Shown piece after piece: positions 1-13,985 of a stretch of DNA of 64,000 nucleotides; positions within the stretch are counted from its first letter, which is position 1; each line of letters begins with the position of its first letter. Source of the DNA: Octopus vulgaris (Eukaryota). The stretch is taken from contig OX597815.1 of the NCBI GenBank assembly GCA_951406725.2, positions 146,382,001 to 146,446,000 on the forward strand, read 5' to 3'. A program made the position numbers and the translations under genes. Under the pieces are notes generated by a model, which was given only the letters and a program-made list of their open reading frames with translations, ran no database searches and was not told where the DNA came from.

Positions 1-261
1 TGACGTATATATAAGAAATTCGTTTTAAAACGAAGCGGTGCTAGGCTCGAATTTAAATCGAGACTTCATGTAAGGCGCAGTCACTTCATATAACCCTGAC
101 TGACCTATACCTTGTGAATGAAATTCTGTAGACCAAAACGTTCTACTCAAGAAGTCCGTACAATCCACGTTTTGTCGCTTCCAGCAGCTCAATCTTCTTG
201 GTGTAGTAGCTCTATGTATATAAATAATTATGCATATACGTGTGTAAGTGAAGTACATAAA

Positions 262-517
262 AACCCCCTTCGGTCATGAATGACCTTGGGATTGCACCTA
301 AAGAATTCCCCTCCGATGTGCAAGTCCGTGCAAGGTTGTTTATGGAAGAGCAGCATTTGCACATGCATACCAGCCTCCACTCTTCACGCCATCGACGTTA
401 TCCAAGAGTAAACCAAAAGCCGAAACAGCTTAGCACCTAGGATGTCGCATCTCATTTGTACAGCTCAGTGAACGGGAGCATCGTGAAATAAACTGTGTTG
501 CTCAAGAACACAACACA
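262..517 (-). mobile_element. SINE type C, 5'-truncated copy
   Basis: Reverse complement matches the 3' two-thirds of 19812-20146 (ttgtgttcttgagcaa...ggtgcaatccca.ggtcattcatgaccgaagggggt). Confidence 0.85.
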
Positions 518-1658
518 AAGACATTACTCCCGAGAGGGAAAACCAGGAAATGCATGTAGTGAGTGAATATAGATAAAACATTTTCGAGGGTCTAGTAATT
601 AACGTTGGGATTGAAAGCTGTACCAACCCATGAATTAAACATCGCTGAATAGCATCAAATAACCCACTCCATGATGGCTATAGCCTCTGTTGCAGCCAGA
701 AAAATATACATACATAAATATACACTTATATTGCATATTTTTCGTGTTACGATTTCTACAACTATAATTTTACTCATATAAAAAAGAAATGTCTATACAT
801 TTGAAATATGAAATATATTTTATCAAGTATGATACCTTACGGGGCTGTAGACACATTCCACTATCGTTCAACTTACTCACTGATATATGAACATTGTTAT
901 TATATTTATACTGAAACAGAAAACAATATGTGACTAGACGAATATAATCGTGAGATCAATAATCGTAGGAGGAGAAGCAACGGAGTCAGTGTGAATATAT
1001 AGAAAAATTGTTGAGATTGTTTGGAGTCGTATACGGATAGCTGACTAATTAGATTTATGTATTATGTAAATAAATATTTACAAGTCATGACTAGTTATCG
1101 GACGTTCTATGTACAATGTCTGACCATCCGAAAATTAATTTTTTAATGGACTTGTTTTTCATATAATGTGATCAATATAGACAGTTAAAAAATTTATAAT
1201 ATGTTATTTAATTTTGAATTTAATATATCGATAATTATAATTGCGGAATAATTATTATTCAATTTAAAAGATGGAGAAAAATAGTTCAAAATCAATTTAT
1301 TTCGTACTTGTTTTGATATATTAATTCACAAGTCGGTACTATTCTTAGCCGGAGAAAAAATATGGTAGACGAAATTTGCAATAATGAAGATTATAAAACT
1401 GTTTGGCATGAAGTAACCTGTACAAGTGTGTCGGAGATATGTAAGATTGTCAGGTGTTTACTTTAAAAAATGTATTAACACTAACTTGCAGGGTTATCAA
1501 GAGGCGGAAGAAATATGTAACACGTCTAAAATATATACTAACACAGGAATGGGTTTTTTCAAATAACTGACACTTTCAATATTTTATGAATAAGATATGT
1601 ATAAAACAGTTTCTCCTGTTGATTAGTTGTCACCTACAAAATAGAGATGATCATCTCA

Positions 1659-1689
<31 letters not shown>

Positions 1690-1691
<2 letters not shown>

Positions 1692-1872
1692 TGAAATTCA
1701 TAGAAAATCAAACGATGAAAACAGGTGTGGGAACAAGCATGTCTATTGATATTATTAGCCCGGGAAAAATGGAAATATCTTTTACGTTTCGAGCCTGCGC
1801 TCTTCCGCAGAAAGAAAGAAGAGGACATAGAGAGAAAAAGAGCGAGAAAAAACGTGTAGAGTTCAGCGATCC
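1690..1872 (-). mobile_element. Short hammerhead-bearing Penelope-like relic, family P1 (degenerate core at 1779-1814)
   Basis: Homologous to 19479-19653 and 20521-20710. Minus strand reads cttt-CTGCGGA-AGAGC-gcag-GCTC-GAAACGTA-aaag. Abuts a (TA)n tract. Confidence 0.75.
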
Positions 1873-3329
1873 AAAATGGCGATACAAAGGTATCTAATTT
1901 ATCTATCTGGTTGCTTTTAAGCTAACTGCTATGGAGGGCTCTTAAATAGGCTCTTAAATGCATCGAGTGCATATTAAATTTTATTAAACTCGGACAATAT
2001 TTTTCGACTAATGAACAATTTTCATCAAAACAATGATATAATTTGTTGACTTGGAACAAATTATTGCAAAGTTGCATGATAAACAATATTTTCTGTCTTC
2101 CCATTAGAGGGGTCAGTACAATTTTTTTCTATCTAACCTCTGCCTTTCTCTCTCTCAATTTTCTGTTGATTGTTTTCAACCATCACCATCGCCACTACCA
2201 CCACCATCGCCACAACAACTTCTATACACACATCATTAAGACTTCTGAGGTCACGTATGCATTTACAGAAATATATATGAACGTGTAGCTAGGAACATTT
2301 CGACTCATGAATTTTCGGAAAGAAGCGCATTAAAAATCTTATTCTCTGCTGATATCGACATTGGCATCTAAAACTATATAAAATCTCATCATGTTGTTGA
2401 AGAACTCCAGTTAGCGCGTCCATACCAGTGTTCCTGTGTATATGGCTATCAGGGTGAGATCCTGGATCATCGGAATAATCTGGTCGGATATTTTCTCTCT
2501 TCTCCTCTTTCAACTATATCTACAATGCTTCTGAGACCTATTGCTCCCCATGCACAAGATAATGTTATGAGGTCCGAAGTCACCAGAGGAGAATAGTAAC
2601 AATGAAATATATGCCATGGTAGGATATGACTATGGAGGTCACCTGCATTCGCTCGATCGCAATTCCCACCGACTTCCCTCTCATCGCTACAACATCGCTA
2701 AATTGTGAAATATATATCAGCATAACCCAGTCCACATGACTTTAAAATGAAACCTAAAAATTATTTTGGGTTCTAGTCACGTGACATTTGTTTCTAACAC
2801 AAATCAGTTATTCATCGTACAAATAGTTTAACACAAATATTTTCCCTCAGCTTTAAATGTTAAAGGCCCTGCTTAAAATGTTATGCCGGAAAAATTAGGA
2901 AGAAAAAGGCCCTGTGGCGTTCAAACCGTTCCTGGAAAACTTCCACAAATTATACTAGACCATTTGCTTGTGTGTGGATAAGTTTCGGCCAACAAATACC
3001 AACTCGAGTGAAGTTTAGTGACACAAGCCAGTAGACGTACTGATGATTTAAGCAAGCAACGCTATAATAAGTTATTATGTATAAGGTATTATATGTATCT
3101 TATATGTATAAGATATTATACATCTACGCTATTATTACGTAGATGTGTATGCATGTGTGCGTGTGTGAATGTATGGGCAAGTTTCACAGTAAGCGGGTGG
3201 TTTGATAACTGTGTAAAACTTTTGAGTTGTGCCTATTTAAGTCAAAATATAAAATAACAAAATGATAAATACAAATCGATCAAGTAAATACGAAACTGAA
3301 ATAAGTACTCAAGTTGATATAATTCCTGA

Positions 3330-3510
3330 AAGCCATTCCTTGAAGGCAATGCACCAGAATGTCCGCAATTCAGTGACTGAAATCAGTAAGATATTAAAAG
3401 TAAATGTTCACACTGCGCAACTAGTACTGACGTCTATTCTAAGAGATCGACTAAATGGCATAGGTATGAGAAGAATTACTGTGTCATTCGCCACACGTCT
3501 GTCCCACAGC
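3330..3510 (+). pseudogene. Possible mariner transposase N-terminal HTH relic
   Basis: ORF 3262-3606 contains RNSVTEISKILKVNVHTAQ..SILRDRL..GMRRITVSFATRLS, resembling the mariner HTH/linker pattern (R.T..EIA..L.IS..TV..IL...LGMRKV.A.WVP..L). No DDD domain or TIR seen. Confidence 0.4.
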
Positions 3511-3919
3511 AAGATTATATATCTGAAACATACAAATATACTAAATTACTTTCAAACTGTTTCCGTTTTCATGCTGTGTTTGATGAAAAGAAAGTTTTTT
3601 TTTTAAATGGTTGTCAAACTATCAGTAATATGTAAATGAACCTACGACTTGGAAACTAAGAAGTGTTTTCTGTGTAGTTTATTACCCGCGGTATTTGGGC
3701 AGAATTCCGAAAGCAACACTGAATGTTCACGTGTATAAGTATGTTTGTATACAGGCTCTCCTTCTCTTTCTCATCCTCTCTATTTCAGATAGATGTATAC
3801 ATACATACATATATACATAGAGACAGACATATAGGTTATATGTATATTAACTATTTACTCCCTCGTCGTCTGTATTCATAGACACTCACAGATATATATG
3901 TATACATACACACATATAA

Positions 3920-3972
<53 letters not shown>

Positions 3973-4869
3973 TAAATACTTTCATATATACATTATATAT
4001 ATATTCACATATGCATTAAATGTACATACACACTCACATGCACACATCTACGCACAGATACATATACATACATATATAATTTGTGTTGTGTTCAGCAAAT
4101 CGAACATGAATATTATACATAATGAACTCTTTCCGTTTACAAAATCACACATACTAATACAGTTTCAATAGTATTTACTTATTTTTCATCACCTTGCTAT
4201 TAAGGAAACGAAATATCAGCAGGCCATTATTGATTGGTAGTTCTGAAAGAATTATCATCTACATCTTTCGATATTTACATATACTTGTGTTGTTTCTAGT
4301 ATTTTTTGTTTGCTTTTACTTGTATCCTTATGTCTTCATTTAAACATAGCTGCGACATTATTAGAGCTCTTATCACGTAAATTTGACATCCTTTGCGAAA
4401 CGTGTTACATATAGAGCAGCTGAGATATAGTAAGAAACTAAATTAAACGAAAGGAGAGGAAAGAGAATACTTAAAGTACTAATAGACTATGATAGTAAAA
4501 AGACATTTAAGCAGAAAAAATGTAGATACTTGCGACCAATGAAGTATCGAATAGGATAAATGAACTAATAAATGTACATTGACTAAATGTTATATAGTGA
4601 AATAATTTTGTTTAATTTGTACATTTCCCAGAAGTATTGAAGCAAATTAATTGACAAAATCATAGAACAATCCAAACACAAGCATACTGCAATGAGTATA
4701 TCTGGCTCCCCCACCTTTTAAAACACAGATTCTACCAGCCAATAAGTACAGCTTCACAATTGCTTAATCTTCTTGAAACAGCAAAAGAATTAAATCACCA
4801 TCTATCATTTCATTAGTAAAGAATTAACTCAGTCGTCAACATAAGCTTAGACATAGGTCTAGCCGGAGA

Positions 4870-5100
4870 TTAACTCGGTTTCCAGTGCGTATACCTGGTT
4901 GAGATTACAACACTTCAACTTGAATGGAGACAGGTTTGTTGTAGCTTTAAATTCTCAGCTTTGCATGCAATCATTTACAGTTGTGTGGATAGGAGCAACG
5001 AGAAATTATGTTTTGCTCAAGAATACAACGCACCAACTATTGGGACCAAAATCACAATTTTACTATCGTAGGTGGAACACACTGTCCACTAGGCCATGCG
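4870..5100 (-). mobile_element. Degenerate SINE (type C-like head and core)
   Basis: Reverse complement shows gcatggcctagtgg (A-box-like head) and gcgttgtattcttgagcaaaaca...tcgttgctcc, as in 51398-51650. Confidence 0.65.
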
Positions 5101-5516
5101 TCATATTGTTTAAGCTAAACAAAAAATATCCATAGCTAAAATATTTTCGATAAGAGGATCGGTCACCCATAGTTAAATCACATAGTTTGTAAAACAGAAC
5201 GCTAAAGTCATTACGAGAAACAATTAGCTCATTGTGATTAAAATAAAACTGCAACAAAGATCTTATTAATGACTAGGGTGCCATTCTTTAAACCCGACAA
5301 CAAGCTACTAATGTGAAATGTGATTTACAAATTTGATAAAGAACAGGAAATGTGTAAAGTTCAAGACTAAATGTTGAATTAACTATAGAATTGCACATTA
5401 ATCACGTGTTATTATACACTTATAATAAAGAGCAAAAGAAGCAGCGCATTACACCAAAGAACACACGATAAACTAATTAGGAAAACTCTATGCACCACCC
5501 ACATGAAAATAGACGA

Positions 5517-5571
<55 letters not shown>

Positions 5572-5801
5572 TACAATTTTAAAAAAAAGTATTTGAACAG
5601 CAACCTCAAATTTTCGTAGTAATATCTTAAGCAATCACTTGACGTTAGACACTACGTTTTGTAAAGAAGGACCAGCACACACCGATATCACATGATCCTG
5701 AGAATAAGACCGTCAAGATCTCCACACAAACTGCAGTAGCTGATGGGAACACGGGAAATCGGTGAGAGAAGACACGTGAAAACTAGAAATGAATCCTTTA
5801 C

Positions 5802-6245
5802 GTGGCTGTGTGATACGAAACTTGTTTCCCACCAACAGAGTTTAGAGTTCAGTCCCATTGGGTATGAGTCTTCTACTATAGCCCCGTGCCAACCAAAGTC
5901 TTGTGCTGGGTGGATTTGGTAAACAGAAACTGAAAGAAATATGCATGTATATATGTGTGTGCGTTTGTGTGTGTGTGTGCATCTGTTTGTGTGTGTGTTT
6001 GTGTGTGCATCTGTGCGTGTGTGTGTGTGCATTTGTGCGTGTGTGTGTTCGTGTTTATCCCCCTAATACCGCTTGATAACCGGTGTTAGCTTGTTAACGT
6101 CCTCGTAAATTAGTCATTTGAGAAAAGAATAGTTAGCAGATGATAGAATAAGTGAAAGGGGTGATCTGGTCGACAAAATTTCTTGCAGGTGTTGCCCTAG
6201 CAAGGCATCGATTTAATGATTGAAACAAATAGTAGATAAAAATAA
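5802..6245 (+). mobile_element. SINE type A, degenerate
   Basis: gtggctgtgtg head, gttcagtccca B-box, gtcttctactatagcc...ggatttggta.acagaaactgaaagaa, internal (TG)n and matching tail; collinear with 47773-48127. Confidence 0.8.
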
Positions 6246-6417
6246 GGAACATTGAAAAAACACCCATAATGAACGAAGTTCAACGCCTTTATTAAAATAG
6301 GATGAGTTATGCATGCGAATATATATGTACATACACACATACATCACAAACACACACATGCAAATGCGAATATCTACATACCCATATACATATGTGTGTA
6401 AAATGTATGTTTATGAG

Positions 6418-6448
<31 letters not shown>

Positions 6449-6461
6449 GCACACATATTTC

Positions 6462-6516
<55 letters not shown>

Positions 6517-6556
6517 GCACACATATTTCTATATATATACATATATATATATATAT

Positions 6557-6695
6557 TAAGGTATGTAGAAAAATACAACATGGACAAGAACGTATAACTC
6601 TTAGAAGACGATACAATAAACACGGACAGGACATTCGAAACCCTCAGTCTTCAGTCAAGAACCGGATCATCGTAGTAATTTCGGCTGATTAATCT

Positions 6696-6696
<1 letters not shown>
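6557..6696. mobile_element. Short non-repetitive insert in a TA microsatellite, probable retroelement end
   Basis: Sharp boundaries against (TA)n on both sides. Minus strand contains atcagccgaaa, shared with the P3 ribozyme 3' half, but no complete core. Confidence 0.4.
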
Positions 6697-6729
<33 letters not shown>

Positions 6730-6773
6730 GAAATATGTGTGCATGTATATATATATATATATATATATACATG

Positions 6774-6835
<62 letters not shown>

Positions 6836-6838
6836 CAT

Positions 6839-6877
<39 letters not shown>

Positions 6878-7074
6878 CCAAGGATGGTGGTGTAAGAAGA
6901 AAGTTAGCTTCAAGCAAGCCGTAGTAAATATAAAAGACAAATTTCAGAGACAATGGTGGTATATTGAGACGGAAGGTTGCTGATGATTTCCTTATCGAAG
7001 TACGATAAATTGAAAAAAGCTTCAAAAAGTTTCACGGTGGGGGACCAGTGTTACCGGATGTGCCAATAAGGATA

Positions 7075-7456
7075 CAAGAGTTAAAGAATGAAGGTGATAA
7101 GATCCGGGCTACTTATATTTCATAGTGAGCGGAACCTCGGAAGTCGGAAATATCCAAGCAAGATGTAGAGCACAGGCTACTCTTGAGACCAACAATACCT
7201 TGATTGAATGAAAGTTTACATTGTCGCAAGGAGGTACATGTTAACGCATGGAATATTCAATCAGAATATGTGATTGAATCTTTCATGTGTTAACTATACC
7301 TCCTTTTGACAATGTACATTTTCAAGATATCCTTGGCCCCAGGAGTAGCCTGTGGTACACAGTTCGCTTGGATATTTACGACTTCCGAGGTTCCGCTCAC
7401 TATGAAACATTTCTAGCTGTAGACCGGATCTTATCTACTTCTTTCCATAACTCCTG
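7075..7456. mobile_element. Fold-back MITE (Tc1/mariner-type ends), about 190-bp imperfect arms with a 7-nt loop
   Basis: TA|CAAGAGTT ... AACTCCTG|TA. 29-bp perfect inverted match 7118-7146/7379-7407. Apex attcaatca-gaatatg-tgattgaat (7255-7279). Confidence 0.8.
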
Positions 7457-7461
7457 TATGC

Positions 7462-7528
<67 letters not shown>

Positions 7529-7544
7529 ACGTTTATCTCACGTT

Positions 7545-8185
7545 AATATCGGTTCCAAATTTTAGCACATGACCAGCAGTTTCGGAGGAAGGTTTTAGTG
7601 GATTATATTGCTCCTGTATTTAACTGGTACTTATTTTATCGACCCCCGCGAAATAATGGAAGGCGATGTAGAGTTTGAACTCGGAATATAAAGAGGGACG
7701 AAATACTGCTACGCATTTTGACCGGCTTGCTAACGATTCTGCCAGTTCACCACCTTATCTGAGGATAATATTGATTTCACGGTTTAGTTTAGCATAATGA
7801 CAGAAGATTTTGGGTGATGGGCGAAGTCGATTAAATCGACCCCAATTTTCTGCTGGTACTTATCGACCAACCTAAAGACGGGCGAAATGCCGCTAAGCAT
7901 TTTACCGAGCTTGCTAACGGTTCTGCCGGCTCGCCACCGTGTCTCACGTTAATACAGGAATTTATTTTAAAGCGGCAAGCTGGCAGAATCGCTAACACAC
8001 CGGGCGGCGAAATGCTTAGTGGCATTTCATCCGTCTTCCTTTTCTAGCTTCAAATTCCGCTGAGGTCGACTTTGCCAAACATCATTTGGAGGTTGATGAA
8101 ATAAGTACCAGTTGAATGCTAGGGACAATGTCATCGACTTAAACGCTTCACCGAAATTTCGCACCTTGGGCCAAAATTTCAAGTA
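7545..8185. mobile_element. Cluster of three degenerate SINE type B copies (-,-,+)
   Basis: ctggtactta..ttatcgacc and tctgcc.gctcgcc motifs on minus at about 7545-7755 and 7815-7938. Plus copy aagcggcaagctggcagaa...ttcaaattccgctgaggtcgactttgcc at about 7970-8185. Confidence 0.8.
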
Positions 8186-8373
8186 TGAAACGCTCTGATA
8201 TTGATTATGCCTGCAGATCAATATAATTTTATAATTCCGTTGCATATATTATTAACATTAGTAAAAGACAACTTCATATTCCGGTGTTTTGACGATTATA
8301 TTGGAATCATCATCATCTATATATTACTTTATCGAAGCAAGTCAGAAAATTATACAGAATTATATATATATAT

Positions 8374-8410
<37 letters not shown>

Positions 8411-8477
8411 TATATATATATATATATATATTTGTCGTGAAAATGTCCATGTGCCAATTAGGTATATATGTTTATAT

Positions 8478-8534
<57 letters not shown>

Positions 8535-9377
8535 ATATAGTATTTACTTAAATACGCACACACATGTAACATATTGTCAATAGATGTTTCCTGAACTGCT
8601 GTGATAAAGTAATGTTTGAATGATGATTGCATAATAATTGCTAAATTGGCGCGATATACGAATGTTCTTTACGAATGCTAGCAATAACAGAGAATCCATA
8701 TAAGTTGGGGTCGTAAAACCATGTTAAGCGTAGGGCATAAATTCGTATTAACGCAAGCTATACTTGAATCATACACTAATGTTAGGGCAAGATAAATATA
8801 TTGCTTTCACAAAATAATTGCTTACGAAACGAACGGCGAGAAAATTCTAACATAACAAAGATGAAAGCACACTGCTACCTCCATACAACTTTAATACAAG
8901 TAAAATTAGGTGTTTGAAAATACATGTGAGAACATAGGCCGACAAAAATGGCCATATCATCCAATGAATCCATGTTTCAACGACTTTATTTAAACGTGGA
9001 TGTGAAGAGTATAAAATCTAACGTTTACATGTGCGTACACACAAATCTATTCCCGAGTTCCCTTTTCTAAAGCTGATTTATATTACCTGTTGAAATCTAC
9101 TGGAATCAGAGTAAATAAATAGCATTTTATCACCATATCTCCACTTATGCGACAAATGTTTTCTATTTATTGGCGGACTGCAATACTACTACTTGACAAG
9201 ATTCTGGCATGCATTTAATCGAGAGGAGAAATTTAATAGTTGACTTAAAAATCTGTGAGACCTAGTGGTAATGATGTTCAACGTCCAAATAGGAGATTAC
9301 AAGAGCTTCTTCAAAAGAGATTTGCACGCTCTACTCTGGAGGAAATCTTACATTGATATTTGTTCTAATCTACTTAA

Positions 9378-9886
9378 CCCATTAACTGTCAAGATTACTC
9401 ATATATTTTGGTTTTCCAGGTTTCTTAGGAGTTGAAATAATGTACAGTATTTAAATTTTCTTCGTAATTTTGGAAATTATTTTAAATTTTTCGAAAAGTC
9501 CCTAATGCGGATCGCTGAAAAAATGCATAGTTATCCTTTTCTATTCAATTGCAATAATAAACATTATAGTTTGTTATGTTTTGAAACTATTGTATCAAAT
9601 ACGAATGTGTTTGAAATATCAATGAATGATATAGATGAGAAATGCAAAAACAAAAACAAAATTCAAAACAGTCAATATCTTTGTAGTTCAAAATTTGCGA
9701 TTTATGACATAAAATGTCCTGTAGAATTAGCCAGAGTTAGTAATGACAAACTTTAACTAATAAACATTATTAAACACACTTCTGCAAATGCAATGTGCAT
9801 AAGCAATTCACTTGAAATACAATGAACAATCCGCTGAGAGACAGTTTTTAGCAGATCCTCAAATGGGGCTCATGGCAGGCAATGGG
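9378..9886. mobile_element. Non-autonomous piggyBac-like DNA element
   Basis: TTAA at 9374-9377 and 9887-9890. Termini CCCATTAACTGTCAAGA versus reverse-complemented right end CCCATTGCCTGCCATGA (13/17 identical). CCC...GGG ends with a TTAA duplication are the piggyBac hallmark. Confidence 0.7.
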
Positions 9887-10204
9887 TTAAGAGAGTACCA
9901 AGCGAAGACTACTATGCACCAGCGATTACATCCTGAGATTTCGCTGGAACAGGGATGTGTGTGTCAACAGGGTATCCATGTATTTTCGTGACTTCAAACT
10001 ATATCGTTTAAAAGCAACATAATATCCGCTACTAAATCTTATTTAGTTGTAGACGTGGCCGTGATTTTTAAAAACTGTGGATCGTTAACTTGGGTACAAG
10101 TACATAATTGATTTACGGTCATTAACAAGAACGAATCAATCTTATTAGTGAGATTGGCTTATATACATATACATAAATACATGCATACAAATATACAGTA
10201 TATT

Positions 10205-10557
10205 TCGCAAACAGGTGCTTTTATGTTCAACACCACATCGCTGCATTATGCGCGAGTGTCTTCTACAATATCCTAGTTCCGACAAATACCTTGTAAGTGA
10301 AGTCAGTACGCAGCAATTGTTGGCAAGATGATCGTATATATCTATATCGTATATATCTATAGTGTTTGGCTCTGTTTATCCGCCATCACTCTTTGACTAC
10401 CACTGTTGGCTTATGTTCCCGTAACATTAGCACTTCAGCCAAAGATACGATAGAATATGTACCGGACTTTAAAAATATATCCTAGGCTCTGTTCGTTTGG
10501 CTAAATCCATCAAAGCGATGCCCCGACATGACCATAGTCCCGAAGCGAAAGATAAAA
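10205..10557 (+). mobile_element. SINE type A, highly degenerate
   Basis: agtgtcttctacaata..ccgacaaataccttgtaagtg, cgatagaatatgtac and aaagataaaag tail, collinear with type A. Confidence 0.65.
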
Positions 10558-11135
10558 GTTGCATATACACAAAAAGGCGCTAAATGCATTTATTACAACA
10601 TACACATGCACACCGTCTCTACTCATAATATCTCTGTAATGTACTAACATACTAAAATTCCTTGCATGAGATCCTTCCCGCATTCACTCTCAGATATCGA
10701 ATTGAATCAGCGTTCATGAAATAAACTGTCATTCTACCTTACACATTGACAGTCGTGTTACAATCGTATCAAATTATCAATTTAATTTGACATTCACTAA
10801 CCATTAACTAATGTTCCAACTCATCACAATTAAGAAACCTCACACTTCTGATTGCTTGTTAAGATAGTAAATTCACAATTCATCTCTGTTTATACGCAGC
10901 AGATTATGAACATTAATATATCTTAATTCATTATCATTGGATCGCAGTAACTGCTTTCTAGGCCTATATTAAAAACAGATTTACATATCTAAGAACACAC
11001 GCACGCACACGCACGTACACGAAAAATACATACGCACATACTCATAAACACCTACTCAAATACACCTGTACTATGCATCTATACATAAATGTTAATGTAT
11101 ATGAACAAACATATGTACAGAAAAAAGTATATTGC

Positions 11136-11181
11136 ATACATACATACATACATACATACATACATACATGCATGCATATAT

Positions 11182-11222
<41 letters not shown>

Positions 11223-11313
11223 TATGTACATATATACTTATATATACATATACATATATATATATTTATATATATACATACATACAAATATATATATATA
11301 CATATATACACAC

Positions 11314-11366
<53 letters not shown>

Positions 11367-11455
11367 TATGTACATATATACTTATATATACATATACATA
11401 TATATATATTTATATATATACATACATACAAATATATATATACATATATACACAC

Positions 11456-11507
<52 letters not shown>

Positions 11508-11517
11508 TTATGAATAA

Positions 11518-11587
<70 letters not shown>

Positions 11588-11592
11588 TTATA
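11136..11592. repeat. Compound TA/CATA microsatellite with an internal tandem duplication of about 140 bp
   Basis: Block catatatatgtacatatatacttatatatacatatacat...catacaaat occurs twice (about 11217 and 11361). Confidence 0.9.
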
Positions 11593-11894
11593 AATAAGGA
11601 CATTTAAATATCGATCTTATCAAGTGGTCAGCATGAGAATAAAAACCTTACAAATGTAATAATTATTTAAAACTATATATTAGGGTAACTGAGAGATACC
11701 ACCGTGCTGAAATAGCAGTCAAAACCTGACCTTAAAGCCACATTAAATGTTCATATAGCGATAGGAGAGTAGACATAGAGGCAAAATAAACTAGCAAAAA
11801 AAGTTTTACTGGATAATTCTAGATCCTGGATTGCTGGCTTTGCCTAAGAGACGCTCTGCCTTCTTCAGTGGAATATATCAGATAGCACAGAAAT

Positions 11895-11934
<40 letters not shown>

Positions 11935-13924
11935 CATACGTTATACTTACATACACGAACGTCTATACATACATATATATGCACGTATGTATACGACCAG
12001 TTTAAATTGCCCGCCTAACAGCTCCTCGCGCGATATGGTCAAAATAAACACCGCAGTGAATACGATGACGAAATATATGAATTCAGCACTCAATTTCCAG
12101 GTATGAGGATCTCGGTCTTAAACGAATTGTGTGATCTGCATATTGAATTAACATAATTCACTTTTTTTACACACAAAATCCGATTCCGAGCTATGGATAA
12201 TCCTTCCTTCAACACAGATTCTTCCACAACTGCATTCTCTACAACATTTAAAGAAACCATTACATGAAAATATTATCTCATATGCTCTCTTACTCATAAG
12301 AAAAATACCTCCCATAATAATCGAAAATTATAAACCCTGAAGTAGTTCTGTCCCCTTTAAGGGAATCTTCACTTTCCCTTATAATTCTTAGTAAACACTC
12401 CCTCTATCTTTCTCTTCCTGCTAAACAACTGTAGGTGGAAGCACTAAGGATCCCCAGTCAAAATAAACTTCCCATATATATGTATATATAAAGCCATCAT
12501 TTTAAACATCTGGGAGCATTCTAATTCTCATTAAGGTTAAATTTCTGGATGTTCCCCTCATGAGTTGAAATTCGGTTTGGCAACGTTTTCATGTCCAGTT
12601 TTGAAAGGAGAACGAAATCAATAGGCCTACATAGCTTAAACACTCAGCACATGTTTACACCAATCCATAAGAAATAACACTTCTATTCCTCTTAGTCGGA
12701 AATATGCTATAACATTTTAAAAATACATTTCGTTCCGTTTTACCAACACTTTGTCACACGGACCCTATATATATATGTGTGTTTATACCTTCAGTATAAG
12801 AGCGGGCATACGTTTCCGACCATTATGTCTAAAGGGTCAGCAATATTGCTCAAGTATAAATAATCAGAACGTATCCAATGGTGATATTCTCATAAGTTAT
12901 GCGCAATAACCAGTAATTTATTGACGACATACAGAAATAACCACGTTATTACTAATGCAATGTGAATTTGTCTTTTAGCTTATTGACAACTAACTGATTT
13001 CATATATATGTAATGTGTGTGTGAGAGATAGGTATATGCTTTCCTACACATGTACGCAAACACACACACACACACACACACGCACACAATTTTCAATAGA
13101 AGCAGCGTTTATTTAATATATTTCTATCAGAGTGTCAGAGACATCAATACATAGTCTAGTATTACTTTCTCGTTTTGCTGGATTGATTTCATTCATATAT
13201 CGATCAAACTGTTATATATATGATCACTCACACACCCAACATTGGAGGATAGACAGATATTATTAGGAATGGCGTTTGCATCTTTATTTTAATGTAAATC
13301 ACACTATTATTAATTCTTGTATATAAACTGTAATATTACTGTTGACTTTAGCAGCTCTGGCATTTCAATTTATTACATTACTGCAATAGTACATGCTCAT
13401 ATATTCCAGGATTATATTTAATCCCACAAGACGAGAATGTTGTCGCCAGATTACTAATGAGCAACGGGAAATGACCAATGGCATTGGCTTTACAACACAA
13501 TGCAACTAGCTGTGACTTATTAATATTGAATATGCCAAAACGATGACATCGTTTGTGTTAGAGAAATTTGGGGCGGTTTAAGGCTTGACGCGACGCTTGG
13601 AGAATAATAAAAGAAACCAAGTAATGTAATTCTTATCATTGATTGGCAGTTTGCAAATACTGCCAGTGTGGTCAGCAGTCAATGCACCACAAGAAGTCGA
13701 TGAGGGACAGCGAGGTATGAATTTAAAACCCATTAGTTGCATCGATCATTTCTAAGTTTTAATTATAGCGGTCAATTCTGGTGTTGGCAAACGAATATCT
13801 TGGACTATTGGTTAAAGTCATGGAACATCGTTCCATTATATATATATATGTACTTGCACACACATACACATATATATAGATACATATCTATAAATGTATA
13901 TATATTTATACATATATATGTATA

Positions 13925-13985
<61 letters not shown>

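Noticed and set aside
1349-1520. Apparent exon / 51-nt intron (GTAAGA...CTAAC.TTGCAG, 1441-1491) / exon
   Set aside because: The spliced product is a short peptide ending in a stop with no recognisable homology, and such signals arise by chance in AT-rich DNA.
2289-2700. Less AT-rich stretch with a 74-aa minus-strand ORF, considered as a retroelement ORF start or exon
   Set aside because: No diagnostic motif, no second copy in the window and no convincing splice sites.
11826-11872. Minus-strand CTGAAGA followed by a small hairpin (also isolated CTGANGA at about 3040, 6980, 25359, 28896 and 56254)
   Set aside because: No correctly placed stem II-GAAA-NUH-stem I, so these are not hammerheads.
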